Of a DNA stretch of 64,000 nucleotides, positions 19,069 to 33,009 are shown in pieces. The stretch's first letter is position 1. Every line of letters starts with the position of its first letter. The position numbers were made by a program, and so were the translations under genes. Below the pieces are notes generated by a model, which had not been told where the DNA came from, did no database searches, and saw nothing but the letters and a program-made list of their open reading frames with translations. Source of the stretch: Amoebidium appalachense (Eukaryota; Protista; Ichthyosporea); NCBI GenBank assembly GCA_963693365.1, contig CAVNZM010000005.1, forward strand, positions 4,967,167 through 5,031,166. Direction: 5' to 3'.

Positions 19069-19633
19069 CTAACACGTACTGACCGCGCGCCGACTGCGCC
19101 CACCAGATCCCCTCGTAATCTTCGTTAAAAAACATCTCGTGTGTTGCGACCACCACCGCGATCGTGCCATTTTCCAGTCCTTCTACGATCATTTTGTTTT
19201 GCTTCGGTTCACCCGTCCACAGTGCACATTCTATTCCTTTTTGCTGCATGGCAAGCACCTGGTCTCGGCCAACCTTAAGATTCGAGGCTAAATAGACCAC
19301 GTATGCGTTATTGTTCGCGTATTTGCGCTGTGCTAGAACTAAACCCTCGTAACCCATGTTCCTTCCTGAGCCAAGGGAAGATGTGAGAATAGTGTCTCTC
19401 CCATCCCAAACCCTATCCCACACAGACAACTGCAGCTTTCTAGCCTGCTGTTTAAGAGTGCACTCTATGTAGCTTCGTGCGGTAGAACGATCTGCATCTG
19501 TCCACAGAAACCTGGTATCGCCTGCCTGAACTGGTGTAAAAGGGAGCATGAGGCAGAACATCACCAGCCACAGCATCAACTGTGCGAGCCAGTGTAAAGG
19601 AGACCCACAACTCATCCTTGGTTCCTTACACAT
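19069..19633 (-). pseudogene. RecQ-like superfamily II helicase N-terminal fragment, probably transposon-derived
   Basis: GRDTILTSSLGSGRN (degenerate Walker A), VVYLASNLKVGRDQV..GIECALWTG..IAVVVATHE resemble RecQ motifs I, Ia and Ib. It stops before motif II, at a copy of the ctaacacgtactgac terminus (19069-19083). Confidence 0.65.
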
Positions 19634-20088
19634 GCGTCTATATACAATTTACTATGTGATTTGCTATATATGTGCCTTCAATCCAGTAAGCCTAGAGCTG
19701 TTTATTGTGACATGTACTTCTCGAAAGCAGAACCGGGAGGAGCATAGGAGAAGAAGAAAAAAACTGGTGTCTTTCTGTTTACGTGTGCTTGTGGAGTCCG
19801 CAAGACGGCGTGCATGCAAATAATTCAGCAAATTATACTAAGTTTCGCGCCAAAACACATTCCTGGGGTAATGTGACGTCACTCACTGCAGTCGCCCTTC
19901 TGCCCGCGACAGTGATTTCTCAAAATCCTCAGGCCCTAAAAAATAGGCACTATTATAATATTTGAAAATAATATTATGTAGAGTTTTAGTATTAGGGTGG
20001 GCACATTATCCCATCAAACCAAAACCTCCTTTAGTTACAAACTGGCAGTAGAGTATGGTCTTGAGCCTAGCTTGCCCGTGAGAAATAT

Positions 20089-20351
20089 TGATGACGTCAT
20101 CAGATGCGTTCTCAACCAATTAATTGGAAATAAATTTTACGTCATCAAAGGTATACATGTTGTAGACTATGTGCTTGGTTGATCATGTACACGTGCGTGT
20201 GTGGAAAGCGAAGAGGCTCAGTTTTTTGCACAAGTTATTAGAAGTAATAGTGCTATTCTAGTCTGTGGATTAATTTCGTGCTCCGTTTCTTTGTGCCTTC
20301 AGAGAGCAGACACTTATATAGGCGCGTGACCGGGAGTCATTGAACTTAAAG
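20089..20351 (+). promoter_or_regulatory. Putative PPAN promoter: CRE-like palindrome TGATGACGTCATCA, CCAAT and a TATA-like element
   Basis: Palindrome at 20089-20102, ccaat near 20116, cttatatagg about 35 bp before ATG 20352. Confidence 0.5.
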
Positions 20352-20541
20352 ATGGTGAAGCAAAAGAGGGTGAGTGGGCATACATGGCACGAACAAAGCT
20401 AACAAGAGCAGTTCAAGAGCAGTTACATGACGGACATTCGTGCTGGAAAAAGACACACACACACACACAGACACATACACACATACACACACGCACACAC
20501 ACGCACACACACACACACACACACGCACGGCGCGACACATA

Positions 20542-20597
<56 letters not shown>

Positions 20598-20946
20598 CAC
20601 GCATGCACACACACACAAACACACACACACACACACACACACACATACTCACACACGCACAGCCACTCACTCACTCATTCACTCACTCACGCACACACGC
20701 ATGCACACACTCACCGCACTCACATGCACCCGGGCTTGTGCGCACATGCATAGCCGGAATCGACGGCGAGCACACATGCACACCCACGTGCACAAAGACA
20801 CAGGCATACCCTCACAAACGCACACACACACAAACAAGTACAGGCACGTTCATTCACATACAGGTACACACACGCGCGCAGCACACACACGCGCGTGCAC
20901 ACACACACACATGCACACACAAAAATACATACACACGCACACACAT

Positions 20947-20992
<46 letters not shown>

Positions 20993-21829
20993 CGGCAAAG
21001 GGCTCATAGGCACGTACACGTAGAGCCACGTACATTCAAAACACCTGCCCGCCTGTATCCCATGTATTACGTCCATTTTACTTAGAAAGCACACAAAACA
21101 GCAATCTTTTCGCTTTTTCTTGTTCCTCACCTTTCTCTCTTTTTTTGAAACCTCCCAATTCCCCCCCCCCCCCCCCCCTCCCCCTCCCCCCCCCCCCCCC
21201 CCCCCCACACACACACGCTGCCACCACTTGCATATTTTTTCTAGGCACCCCCTTTTATCTTAATCTTCGCAACTTCAGCCCTTGTGGTGTGGATGGCCCC
21301 ATCGTCTGCCCCCCCCTGTCCCCCTCCCCCCTCCCCTTCCCCCGGCAGGTGTCCCAATTGAGTGCTTGGATGTCACCCCTAGGGTCATTTTTTCGTTTGT
21401 GTCTGTGCACCTGTGCTGTCCACAGCACACTCATTCTTACCATCTCCAACACACCAGACTTTCAAAGTTTGTCTACTGTTTTGGAGCAAATCCTCCCATC
21501 TACCACCCTCCCCTCCCCGCCTCCTCCCCCCCCCCCCCCCCCCCCCCCCCCCTTCTCCCTCCCTCCCCAAAAGAAATAAAGAAGAAATAAAGAAAACTCG
21601 TGCCCTCCCACCCTCTAACACGCCATACTCGGAGGTATACTAACACCCTTTTCCATTGACAGAAGAAGCAACGTACCCACGTTGAGGGGGATGACAGTGG
21701 AGTGCCCAAGTCGTTTGTGATGCACACGGGGGAGGTGGGGCATGCCCTGGAGGGGTTGATACGTGACATTAGGTCGGTTATGGAACCGTATACGGCGTCA
21801 AAACTAAAGGTACGTCCATGTGCGCGTGT

Positions 21830-21879
<50 letters not shown>

Positions 21880-22140
21880 GTGTGTGTGGACTGTGCACGG
21901 CACGTACGTACAGGTGTACACAGGAGCTCATAACAGGTGCACGTGTATGGACTCGTGCTTGTATACCCACGGCGATACACGCACAAGAGTTTGCGCTAGG
22001 GCACACACACACGTACACAGCGACATCAAACATACACACACACACACAATGCCTCACTCCTCTCGCGTGGCCTCGCTTGGCCCGTGCCCACATCCTTGTG
22101 CATTTGCACCCACCGAGATCTGCACACACATGCCTCACAT

Positions 22141-22217
<77 letters not shown>

Positions 22218-22431
22218 GGGTGACCACGAAGGCTACATTGGCCTTCACAAGAACATGAACACTACTTTAACGTAAATCCATACCATTTACACCGCTCTGG
22301 TCATATTTTCATAATTGTATTATAGGTTCGACGGCAAAACGTGCTAAAGGATTTCGTGAATGTGGCCGGGCCGTTGGGAATTTCCCACTTTTTGATCTTC
22401 AGTCAGGGCAAGATGGGTGCCAACCTGGTAC

Positions 22432-22493
<62 letters not shown>

Positions 22494-22648
22494 CGCCATC
22501 CGCCGGCTCGCCTTTTCCGGTTTTTGAACGTTTTTTGTGTTTTGTCTCTTGATGTTTCCTCCTTTTTAACTCCGACAATGTAGTGCATTCATCACCCTCT
22601 CTACCGCCTCGCCCCCCTCCGCCAACCCCACCCCCCACCCCCCATGGC

Positions 22649-22701
<53 letters not shown>

Positions 22702-23060
22702 CACCCCCCCCCCCCCCCCCGGGGAGGGGGGCCACCACCACCACTAGCTGACCCTTTTGGCAGTGGCAGAGAGAGGGGGGGGGGGGGGGGAGGGGGAGGG
22801 GACTGTTTGGGGGGGGGGGGGGGGGGGGGGGGGGGCTGGGATGTGGGTGTAGGAAGATGGAAGGAAGAGATGGTGGTGCATGTAGGTGTTTTGTTTTTTA
22901 TTGCCTATGGTTGCGTCCTTTCCTACATAGCCGTCTTGAAAGAGGGTAGGTGTGTTGTGAGTGGGTAAGTTATATATGGGCCCGTGCAGTTTTATTCCGT
23001 AACAACCGGCCCCCCTTTTTTTTTGCTGGGGTTGCCTTCCTGCTTTATTTGGCTTTTACT

Positions 23061-23101
<41 letters not shown>

Positions 23102-23238
23102 GCAGAGGCTGGCAAGATTGCCCCGTGGCCCCACCATCACCTTCAGAGTGTCAGAGGTATGTATGTGTTGGGGTTGGGAGGGTTTGGAGTTGGGAGGGGA
23201 GAAGGGGGGGGTGGGGGGGGGGGAGGCAGGTACAGTAG

Positions 23239-23276
<38 letters not shown>

Positions 23277-24292
23277 TGTTAGGGGGGGGGGGGGGGGGGG
23301 GGGGGGGCGGGCGAGGAGGAGGGTATTCTAAGGAATATGTTGGGTAAGGGTCAAACCAGAAATGCAGTGACGGAAATAGACCGTATTGAATCGAAGAACG
23401 TACAATAAAAAGTCTACCCCCTCTCATTTTGATAGTGAGAGGGGGAGGGGGAGGGGGGGGGGGGAGGTTGAAGACCGAGGGTTTGTGGTTATGGTTGGGG
23501 CAGGAAGGGGGGGGGGGGGGGAGGAGGGGGAGAGGGGAGGGAATGGAGAGAGGTGGGGGAGGGGGGGGGGGGGGGGGGGATCGGTAAGAGTTTCAAAGGG
23601 AAGAAGTCTTTGCGTTTTATCTGCTGACCGACGAAGGAGAGGGTGGGGGAGGGAGGGGTGGTTGATAACGGATCCCACTGACACGACCGTTTTCTTGTGA
23701 GTGCACATGTCATGACACTTACCTTTTCTCTCTGTGTGTGGTTGGTGGCAGTATTCCCTCAAGGCAGATGTGTTGGCACTGCAGAGGAGACCGCACTCAC
23801 CAAGCACAGAGTACAAGTACCCGGCACTGGTGCGTGTGGCTGTGTGTGTGGGTGTGAGCGGGGTAAAGGGTTCCGGGTGGAGGGGGGGTGGGGGGGGAGG
23901 GTGTGTGTATGTGGGGCACGAGGGGAGGGGGGGGGGGGGGATTTGGGGAATATTTGTGTGTGTGCGGGTGGGGGGCGGAGGGTCGGGGTGTGTGTGTGGG
24001 GGGGGGGGGGGAGGTATGTGTGTGTGGGATGGGGGGGGGAGGGGGGTAGAGTGGTTTGGTGGGTGAGGGCGTGTGTGAACGTGTGTGTGTGGGTGTGGGT
24101 GGATGGGTGTGGTGGGTCGGTGAGGAGGGGGGGGGGGGGGGGGGGAAGGATGAGGGGGGGTTGGTGTGGGCGTGGGTGTATTTGTGAGCCGTGTGTGTGT
24201 GTGTGATTCGTGTGTGCATGTTTGTGGGTGTGCTCTCATCCTCGTCTCATTTTTCCTGATACACATACATGTACAAGCACACAGGAAGAGGG

Positions 24293-24329
<37 letters not shown>

Positions 24330-24466
24330 AGGAATGGGTGAACAGACACACAGGCAGCCATTCAGGCAAGCAGGTAGACCGACAGGCAAACACATTCGAA
24401 TCCTTTTCCCCGTCGAAAAGGGCAGTCAGGCGGGCTGTTATGCATCGGCGACCCCTGCGGCGGCGG

Positions 24467-24499
<33 letters not shown>

Positions 24500-24742
24500 C
24501 TGCCTCCGAGGAAAACGCAGGGGGGAGAAAGGGGGGGGGGGGGGGGTTGTCGTTTTGACTGCACCTTGTGTGCTGACGTCTTTTTTCTCTTTTTTCCTTT
24601 TCTTTTTTTTTTTCCCAGCTTGTGCTCAACAACTTTCCGAAGGAGTCGTTCCACATGAAGCTGATAGTCACCATGTTCCAGAACATGTTCCCATCCATCA
24701 ACGTGGAGAAGGTGGGTGTGCGTGTGTGTGCGTGCGTGCTTA

Positions 24743-24779
<37 letters not shown>

Positions 24780-25504
24780 GGGGGGGGGGGGGGGGGGGGG
24801 GGGGGAGGAGAGGGAGGGAGGGTTGTGAAATCAGTAATTGTTAATTAGAAATAGTATTATCACTCTTTTCTGCTTTCTTTGGAGGAGGGGGGCGGGCAGA
24901 TTGGGGCAAGGGTGGGTGTGAGTGGGTGGTTCCGTGTTTCTAGTGTGTGTGTGGGTATGTTTGGTTTTCAGAGAAGAGTGGTACAGGCAAATACTGTGAC
25001 CACGGTTTAGTGCGAATGAGTTCTTAGGTGTGCGGGTACGTGTGTTTGCTGGTCTGTGATTGTGTCTGTGTGTGTGTGCGTGCCTGCGTGCGTGTGTGTG
25101 TGTGTGTGTCCCTATGTCTGTCTGTGTGTGAGTATGTTTGTGTGTGTGTGTCTTCATGTACGCGTGTGCATTTTTCTGTTGTGTGCGTAAAACGGAATCG
25201 GGAGCACAGTCGACGGGAAAAGTAGAGGAGGGGGGGGGGGGGGGGGGGTTATAGCAGATTCGGGTTGATTCTTGCAAACACACACACACACAAAAGAATG
25301 AATAAAATGAAAAGAAAAAGAAAAGGGCACTCTGTAATGTGTTGTTTTTGTAAGAGTACGAATTGCACATTCGCAAAAACAAGGATGGGTTCTGCTTATT
25401 ATGCATACTCTTTATGTGTAGTTTGCACTCTGCTTGTTTAATTGTCGGTGCAATTTTCCTTAATTTTAATGTATTCTTCGTACTCTGTGACACTGACTTC
25501 CCCC

Positions 25505-25539
<35 letters not shown>

Positions 25540-25701
25540 TTTTTTCAGGTGAACCTGAACCAAGTGCGCCGCTGTGTGCTCGTCAACTATGACAAGGAGA
25601 AAAACGTCTTTGAGTTCCGCCACTATCTGATCAATGTGCGCGCGGCAGGGGTGTCACGGTATGTGAGCTGGCACACACACACACACACACACACACAGGG
25701 A

Positions 25702-25734
<33 letters not shown>

Positions 25735-25863
25735 TGCATGCATGCATGTGTGCATACATGCACACTGAAAGCAGAGATAAAAGCACAATACTGTGTTGCA
25801 TTGGACACACGAGTACATACAGACACACATGCACCTCCTTTCTCTTCTCTTCTCTCTCATGCC

Positions 25864-25901
<38 letters not shown>

Positions 25902-25950
25902 GACGTGCGTGCACATGCACAGAGGACACACAGGTGTGCACACACACAAC

Positions 25951-26014
<64 letters not shown>

Positions 26015-26032
26015 CACAGAGGACACACAGGT

Positions 26033-26075
<43 letters not shown>

Positions 26076-26235
26076 CCATGCTCTTCCAGGCCCTGCACAA
26101 TATCCTTTGCATTCTAACCCCCCCCCCCCCCCCCTTCTCTCTCCAGGAGTGTAAAGAAGATCATTCAGGCGCGCATTCCAAACCTCAGCAACCTGGACGA
26201 CATTGCTGACTATGTCATGAGGTTCGGTGTCCCTC

Positions 26236-26281
<46 letters not shown>

Positions 26282-26809
26282 ACCCACCCACCCTTCTTGT
26301 GTTTGCTGTGTGTTGTTGTTTATAATGGTCTTTAAACTACACGAAATAACGGGTGAACTACCCATGTTTAAATGACGCAATGGAGCGGTGTCTGAGTTTG
26401 TTTTTGCCCTGGGGTAGGTGGGTGGAGATTTGGGGAGTGTGGATGGCGTGGGCCCCCTGTTGTTGCACATTACGGTTTTTTTGTTTTTTATTTTAGATTT
26501 TTATTTTTTTGTGTGTGCGCTTGTGTGTGCATGTCTCTGTGTGTTTGGGGGGGGGGGCTGCATACCGGTATCCGTTGTGATTTGTGGTGGGTACTCTGGT
26601 AGACATGCCCCCTCCCCCCCGGCCTCCTCCTCCTCCTCCCTCTGCTTCTCCTCGTCATTAAGTTTATTCAATCTCTACCCAATCCTCCCCCCCCCCCTCC
26701 CCCGGGGCCGCCCCTGTGATGCTCATACCCTTGTGTGTGCCATGCAAATTTTGCACTTTTTTGTCCCTCGTGAATGCGTACTCCATGCCTTGAATCACAT
26801 CTCCCCCTC

Positions 26810-26843
<34 letters not shown>

Positions 26844-27087
26844 TTCCACCCACGCACGCACCCACCCACCCACCTCTCCATCCACGCACTGACACTAATG
26901 TATGCCTACAGCCAGGGTGCAGGGCTGTCAGACAGCGAGGCAGAGGACCCGGAGGATGCAAAGGTGGTGCTGCCGCAGAAGGTGCACGGGGTGGGCAACA
27001 CAAAGAGCCAGGTGTGGGTGTGTTGTACGTGTGTGTGGATGGGTGTGTGTACATGCGTGCGTATAGTTTGGGGGGGGCCCCGTGTGT

Positions 27088-27123
<36 letters not shown>

Positions 27124-27821
27124 GCGCATGTGTGTGTGTGTGTGTGCGTGTATGTGAGTGGGTGGATGAGGGTGCACCTATGTGGTTGTGTGGGTGTGGG
27201 TGTGTGGGGGTGTTTTTTGGGGGAGGGAAGGGGGGGGGAGGGGGGATAGGTGTGTGTGGGTGGTAAGTGTGTGTGTGTGTGTGCATACACGCACTGCGTG
27301 TGTGTTAGTGTGTATTTTGGGGGGGGGGGGGGGGGGGGGGGGGGGAGGGGGGCAGGGAAATGAGGAGGTGGGTGGGTTTGGAAGGGGGGGGGGGGGAGGG
27401 GGGGGGGGGGGGGCGCGCAATACCAGTATTGTGATCTGCTTTTGCTGCTTGTGTTGTGTAGATTGAGCGTACTCTTCTGCTTGTGTATATGGTCTCTTTG
27501 TGACACTCTTGTGCACGTGTGCATGGAGCAAATATGTGTACACAGACATATAGACACTTGCGGGGGGTAAGCAGGCATTTCTGCAGTTTGAACTGAAGGG
27601 GGGATACATATGGGGCACATGTTGGCATGTTTCACAAGGTTGCCTTCTCTCATAGTGTGCATGCTAATTAAACATACTTCCCACCCACACGCACACACGT
27701 GCACACCCGCAGCAATCCGCCATCAAGCTTCAGGAGCAAGGGCCCCGCATGACCCTCACGCTGATCAAAATCGAGGAGGGCTTCTGCACCGGCAACGTAT
27801 TGCACCACGAATTTGGTAGCC

Positions 27822-27886
<65 letters not shown>

Positions 27887-28131
27887 TTTGGCCCTTCGTT
27901 CCCGTGACATAACCGGCTGAGCAAGCGCAGCGGCTACATTTCCACTTGCAATCTCTTTCCATAACGGTGTACGCATGCTATATCACATACCAGTCCCCTC
28001 CCCAACGGGACTCCGTGGCGCAACGGTAGCGCGTCTGACTCCAGATCAGAAGGTTGCGTGTTCAAATCACGTCGGGGTCATTTCCTTTTTTTTGTTGTTG
28101 TCGTTGTTTTATTTTTTGTTTTTTATTTTTT

Positions 28132-28168
<37 letters not shown>

Positions 28169-28261
28169 TTTTTATATATTTATGTTTTTTTTATAGGCCT
28201 TCCCCTTTCTTATCCCCCCCCCCCCCCCCCCGGCCTTTTTTTTTCCCGCGGCGCGGCAGAT

Positions 28262-28314
<53 letters not shown>

Positions 28315-28817
28315 GGCTGCTGGCTTTCCTGTTTGCCTTTTGCCTTGCATCTGTGTTCTGCATGTGCTTTTGTTCCTTGCATCTTGTATTGTTTGTGGCT
28401 TTTCCTTTTGTCCCAAAATAACGTGTAGCCAACCCGTATTCCTATTGACACACACCATCTAACGTATCAATGACCCACAGTGCAAAAGACGCCAGAGGAA
28501 GTCGAGGCACTTCGCAAATTCAAGGAACAGCAACAGAGAGAAAAGACGGAGAGGAAAAAGAAACAGGAGGAGAACGTGAAGAAGAAGCAGAAACAGAAGG
28601 AAGAGCACAAGAAGAGGTGTGCCCCTGGGCAGGCTGGAGGTGGGTGTGTTGGCGTATGTGTGGGTGTGTGTGGGTGTGTGGGTGTGTGTGGGGGGGGGGG
28701 GGGGGGGGGGGGGGAGGGTATGTGTCTGTGTGTGTGTGGGGGGGGGGGGGGGGGGGAGGGGTATGTGTGGGGGGGAGGGGGGTATGTGCCTGTTTGTGTG
28801 TGGCCGGGGAGGGGGCG

Positions 28818-28854
<37 letters not shown>

Positions 28855-30240
28855 GGGGGGACGTCTACGTGTATGTGTGTGGAATGCATGTATTGTGGCT
28901 GTGAGTGTGTGGTGTGCGGGCGCGGGTGTGCGGGCATGGGCTATGCACTTTGATCTATCAAAGCATGTGTGACTCTACTCGTACGTTTGCTTCTACTTGT
29001 GTACAATTGTGTGCGTGTATGTGATGTATGTGTGTTCATTTATGTGTGTGCGTGTATGTGATGTATGTGTGTTCATTTATGTGTGTGCGTGTATGTGATG
29101 TATGTGTGTTCATTTATGTGTGTGCGTGTATGTGATGTATGTGTGTTCATTTATGTGTGTGTGTGTATGTGATCTATGTGTGGTCATTTATGTGTGTGCG
29201 TGTATGTGATCTATGTGTGGTCATTTATGTGTGTGCGTGTATGTGATGTGTGTGTGTTCATTTATGTGTGTGCGTGTATGTGATGTATGTGTGTTCATTT
29301 ATGTGTGTGCGTGTATGTGATGTATGTGTGTTCATTTATGTGTGTGCGTGTTTTGTGTGTGTCGTTATCAGAACCAGATCATACATACACACATCCGTGT
29401 ACACCAACCCTAACTGACCCAAATTATTTTTTTTTTCCAACGCAGATGGGGAGGATGGAGGTGTGAGCAGTGGGAGTGAGGACAGTGATGGCTACGTGTC
29501 TGCCGACGATCAGCCGAAATTCAGCGATGATGATGATGCAGAGTACTACCGGCAGGAGGTTGGGGAGAACCCGGACCCAGGTATCATAATTTCCTAAATC
29601 TAAATTCGGCTGCACATCGTGATATTCCTAGATGCAAATAAATTCGAGTGCACCTTGTGAGTGAGGATTTCGAAGACAGGTCCTGTGTGGAGGGGGTGAG
29701 GGGGAAGGGGGGGGGGGGGGGGGGGAGGGGGGGAGGGTTGTCTCGGTGGCTTCACGTGCTTGTGTGTGTGTGTGTTGTCCGCTCTGTGTCGATCTGTCGT
29801 TTTTTGTTTTTTTTGCTTGGTATATATCTCTCGATTCTCCGAGCGAGAGAGAGAGAGGGTGGCGCCCGGGAATGGGGTGGGTGGGGGAGGGGGGAGGAAG
29901 GGAGGGGGGGGGGGGGGGGGGGGATGATGTTCAATTCTTCGCTTTTTTTCTTTTGCCCTTATTTTTTCGTGTGTGTGTGTGTGTGTGTGTGTGTTGTTGG
30001 GGGGGGGGGGGGGGGGGGGGACACATTATTTGAGACCATGTTGGGGAGGGAGGGGGGGGAACACCCGACAAGTGGCACATTGCTTTCTTTTATTTCATTT
30101 TCTTTTCCAGCAAGAGCATAATCTGCTTACACCTCCTTCCTCAATTTTTTTTTACCTTCACAAAACATACACTCACCCACACGCACATACGCATGTACAT
30201 CCACTTGCTCATATGCATGCTCGCACGTTCATGTACACAA

Positions 30241-30296
<56 letters not shown>

Positions 30297-30511
30297 CCTA
30301 TGCATGCACACACGTATGCCCACGTGCACACCCACGTGCACACGTACACGTACACACAGATCTCTTTGATGCCAACCGTACGGGCAAGAAGAAGAGCTCA
30401 GGCACGGACCGGCCGAAGATTCCATCCCGGTACAAGGCCAAGGCCAAGGGGGAGAGTGGGGCCAAGAAGGGCCAAAAGAGACAGGCAGACGGCCACGGAG
30501 ATGGGTTAGTA

Positions 30512-30554
<43 letters not shown>

Positions 30555-31168
30555 ACACACACACAAACACAAAAGGGAGAAATTAAAAAGGGGGGGGGGG
30601 GGGGGAGAAATCACGTGTAGACACACCAACACTAAATATCCCCCCTCCCTTCCCCCTCCCCTCCCCCCCCCCCTCTCCACAAAAAGAACTTAAAAGGGGG
30701 GGGGGGGGGGGGGGGATGTACCACTGCGAATCCTCCCCAGCACTTCGTTCTTTGTTCCTCTCTTTTTCATGATCCCTCGACTCTGACCCTGCCGGTCCAC
30801 ATCACCCGTTTCGTCAGGCGGGTGAAGAAAACTCTGAAGTGTGCGCACGTGTGGCTGTGGGTTCTCCACGAGGTGGGCCCTGGATTTTTGTTTTTTCTTT
30901 CAAGCCATTTACAACGATTTTCTTTTCATGAATAGTTTTATGAAGGAATTACACGACAAATTTAGACACACCAGCATTTCGGAGATTGACGATCCCCTTT
31001 TTTTCGATCTGCAGGCCGGCAGCAAAGAAATTCAAGAAAGACCAAGGTGGAGCAAAGGGGGGTCTCAAGGGCTCGAAGAAATTTGGGGCAGGGAAAGGGT
31101 CAGCAAAGGCGTCCCCTGGGGGAAAACCCAAGGTTAGTGGGTTTATACGCAAGAGAAAAGGAAAGTGA
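20352..31168 (+). CDS. PPAN: Peter Pan / SSF1 Brix-domain ribosome biogenesis protein, 14 exons, about 489 aa
   Basis: Phase-consistent exons 20352-20369, 21663-21809, 22326-22427, 23106-23156, 23752-23829, 24619-24711, 25549-25658, 26147-26221, 26912-27011, 27713-27815, 28481-28639, 29446-29580, 30360-30504, 31015-31168. Motifs [94 protein letters not shown]. Confidence 0.93.
25381..25495 (+). repeat. Diverged 3' fragment of the ~250-bp poly-C-associated repeat
   Basis: aggatgggttctgcttattatgcatactctttatgtgtagtttgcactctgc ... ttcgtact followed by poly-C. Confidence 0.65.
28009..28080 (+). tRNA. trnW: tRNA-Trp (CCA) inside PPAN intron 10
   Basis: GACTCCGTGGCGCAACGGTAGCGCGTCTGACTCCAGATCAGAAGGTTGCGTGTTCAAATCACGTCGGGGTCA: 72-nt cloverleaf, CCA anticodon, A/B boxes, T-run terminator. 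Confidence 0.96.
29008..29350. repeat. 37-bp minisatellite, about 9 units
   Basis: Unit tgtgtgtgcgtgtatgtgatgtatgtgtgttcattta; cattt recurs at 29037, 29074, 29111 ... 29333. Confidence 0.9.
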
Positions 31169-31351
31169 AGGGGACGGGAGGGGATCAATTCAATAAAATA
31201 TCTTAAGCTGGAAAGGAGAACAACAACATGCAGGGAATATATATCTTGTGCTAATTTAACGAATCCTTTCTTGGTGTTTTGGTTGGTGGATAAGTCTAGA
31301 TGTTGGCGCACCACATACGGACACGCACAATGGCCTTGCATGTGCACACGT

Positions 31352-31470
<119 letters not shown>

Positions 31471-32900
31471 GTCACACGCATACACATGTAAATTTGCTCA
31501 CATGCATGCTCAAGTCTACTTTCCTGCCATTACCAGACATGTTAATATAACAACGTTGCTCATATGTGCCAAACGCTCCTTCCACGGCAGGCTGGGGAGA
31601 TACGAGTGGGCCGGAAAGGGCGGTGGTGGGGGGGGGGGAGAGGGGGGGGTAATAAGCCCAAGTCAATATTGTACATGTTCGAGAAATACATTATCCGAAT
31701 AAATCCACATCCACCATATCCACCACGAGTTTCAAGATCATAATCTGTTTTCATTGTGTGTGATGGGCTCATAAGTGGGTTTTGAGCCCTGGTATGTAGG
31801 TTGGTCTGGTTTTATATGTTCGTGCTTTTCCGCCTTAATCCCGGCAGTTTCCACATTCCAGGCTGCTGGTTCAGCCAATAAAAAATGCTCAACTTAAAAC
31901 TCACTGAATACCATGACGGGTTCAATATTTTTACTTCCCGGTGTGTGGATCCGGATGGTGCCCAGCCCCCTCCCCCCCCCCCCCCCCCCCCCCCCCTCCT
32001 CCTTCCTCCTCCTCCTCCTCCTCCTCCTCCTCCTCCTCCCCCCTCCCCCCTCTCCCCCCTCCCCCCCCCCCCCCCCCCACCCCCACCCACCCACCCACCC
32101 ACCACCACCACCACCACCACCACTTTTGCAAGTTGAGTGCCCACCTTCCACGGCTTCTCCATTCCAGGAAATTATTTTCAGCTGGAGGCCTCCTTATGTT
32201 CAATATACTTTTTAGTGAGCATTTCAATGCGGGTCGGGAGTCACGTGCACCGGATTCACGGTTCAAAATGTGCAATGCAATGGTGATGTGTGATACAGTG
32301 CACATGAACTCCCGTAATTACTTGTTCAGCAATTTATCGGATTTATAACATCCCCCCCCCCCCCCCCCCCCACCCGGGCTCCCCTCTCCCCTCCCCCCCC
32401 CCCACACCCCCACCCCCTCCCCCCACCCCCTCCCCCACCGTTGCCCACCCACCCACCCATTTTATATTAATAAGAGTAACTATGTAGTCCAACTTGAGAG
32501 CTTGTGTCAAGTTTTTTATCGAGAAATATGTGCTAATATTTGATGATCATTAGCCTCTATCGAGACAAGCTGTAATACTATGAAAAGTAAAATATTGATT
32601 ATTTTATTCGGCGATGTTTTAATAACATGTATGGTCCATTCGATCGAATGCGAATTAGTACAGTGCAATAATACATTTATTGGGATTCCCGTCTAGATTA
32701 CGATGCTTTAACGTTTACATACCCTTTAGCTAAGGTACTTGTGATGCCTCTGCTAGCTAGCTTGGCAAATCTCCTGAGTACGCGTCAAACTCTGTACACC
32801 ACTTACTAGTAGACATAATCCCCTGGCCCCTCTTGTGTGTGTGGGTTGTACGGTGTCTAGCTTTTCTTTCTTTCTTTCTTATTCTTCCTTTCGTTTTTTG

Positions 32901-32954
<54 letters not shown>

Positions 32955-32975
32955 CGCTCCCCCCGGAAAACACAA

Positions 32976-33009
<34 letters not shown>

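Noticed and set aside
29008-29350. Regular 37-bp periodicity resembling a CRISPR array
   Set aside because: No unique spacers; it is a GT-rich tandem minisatellite in a eukaryotic intron.
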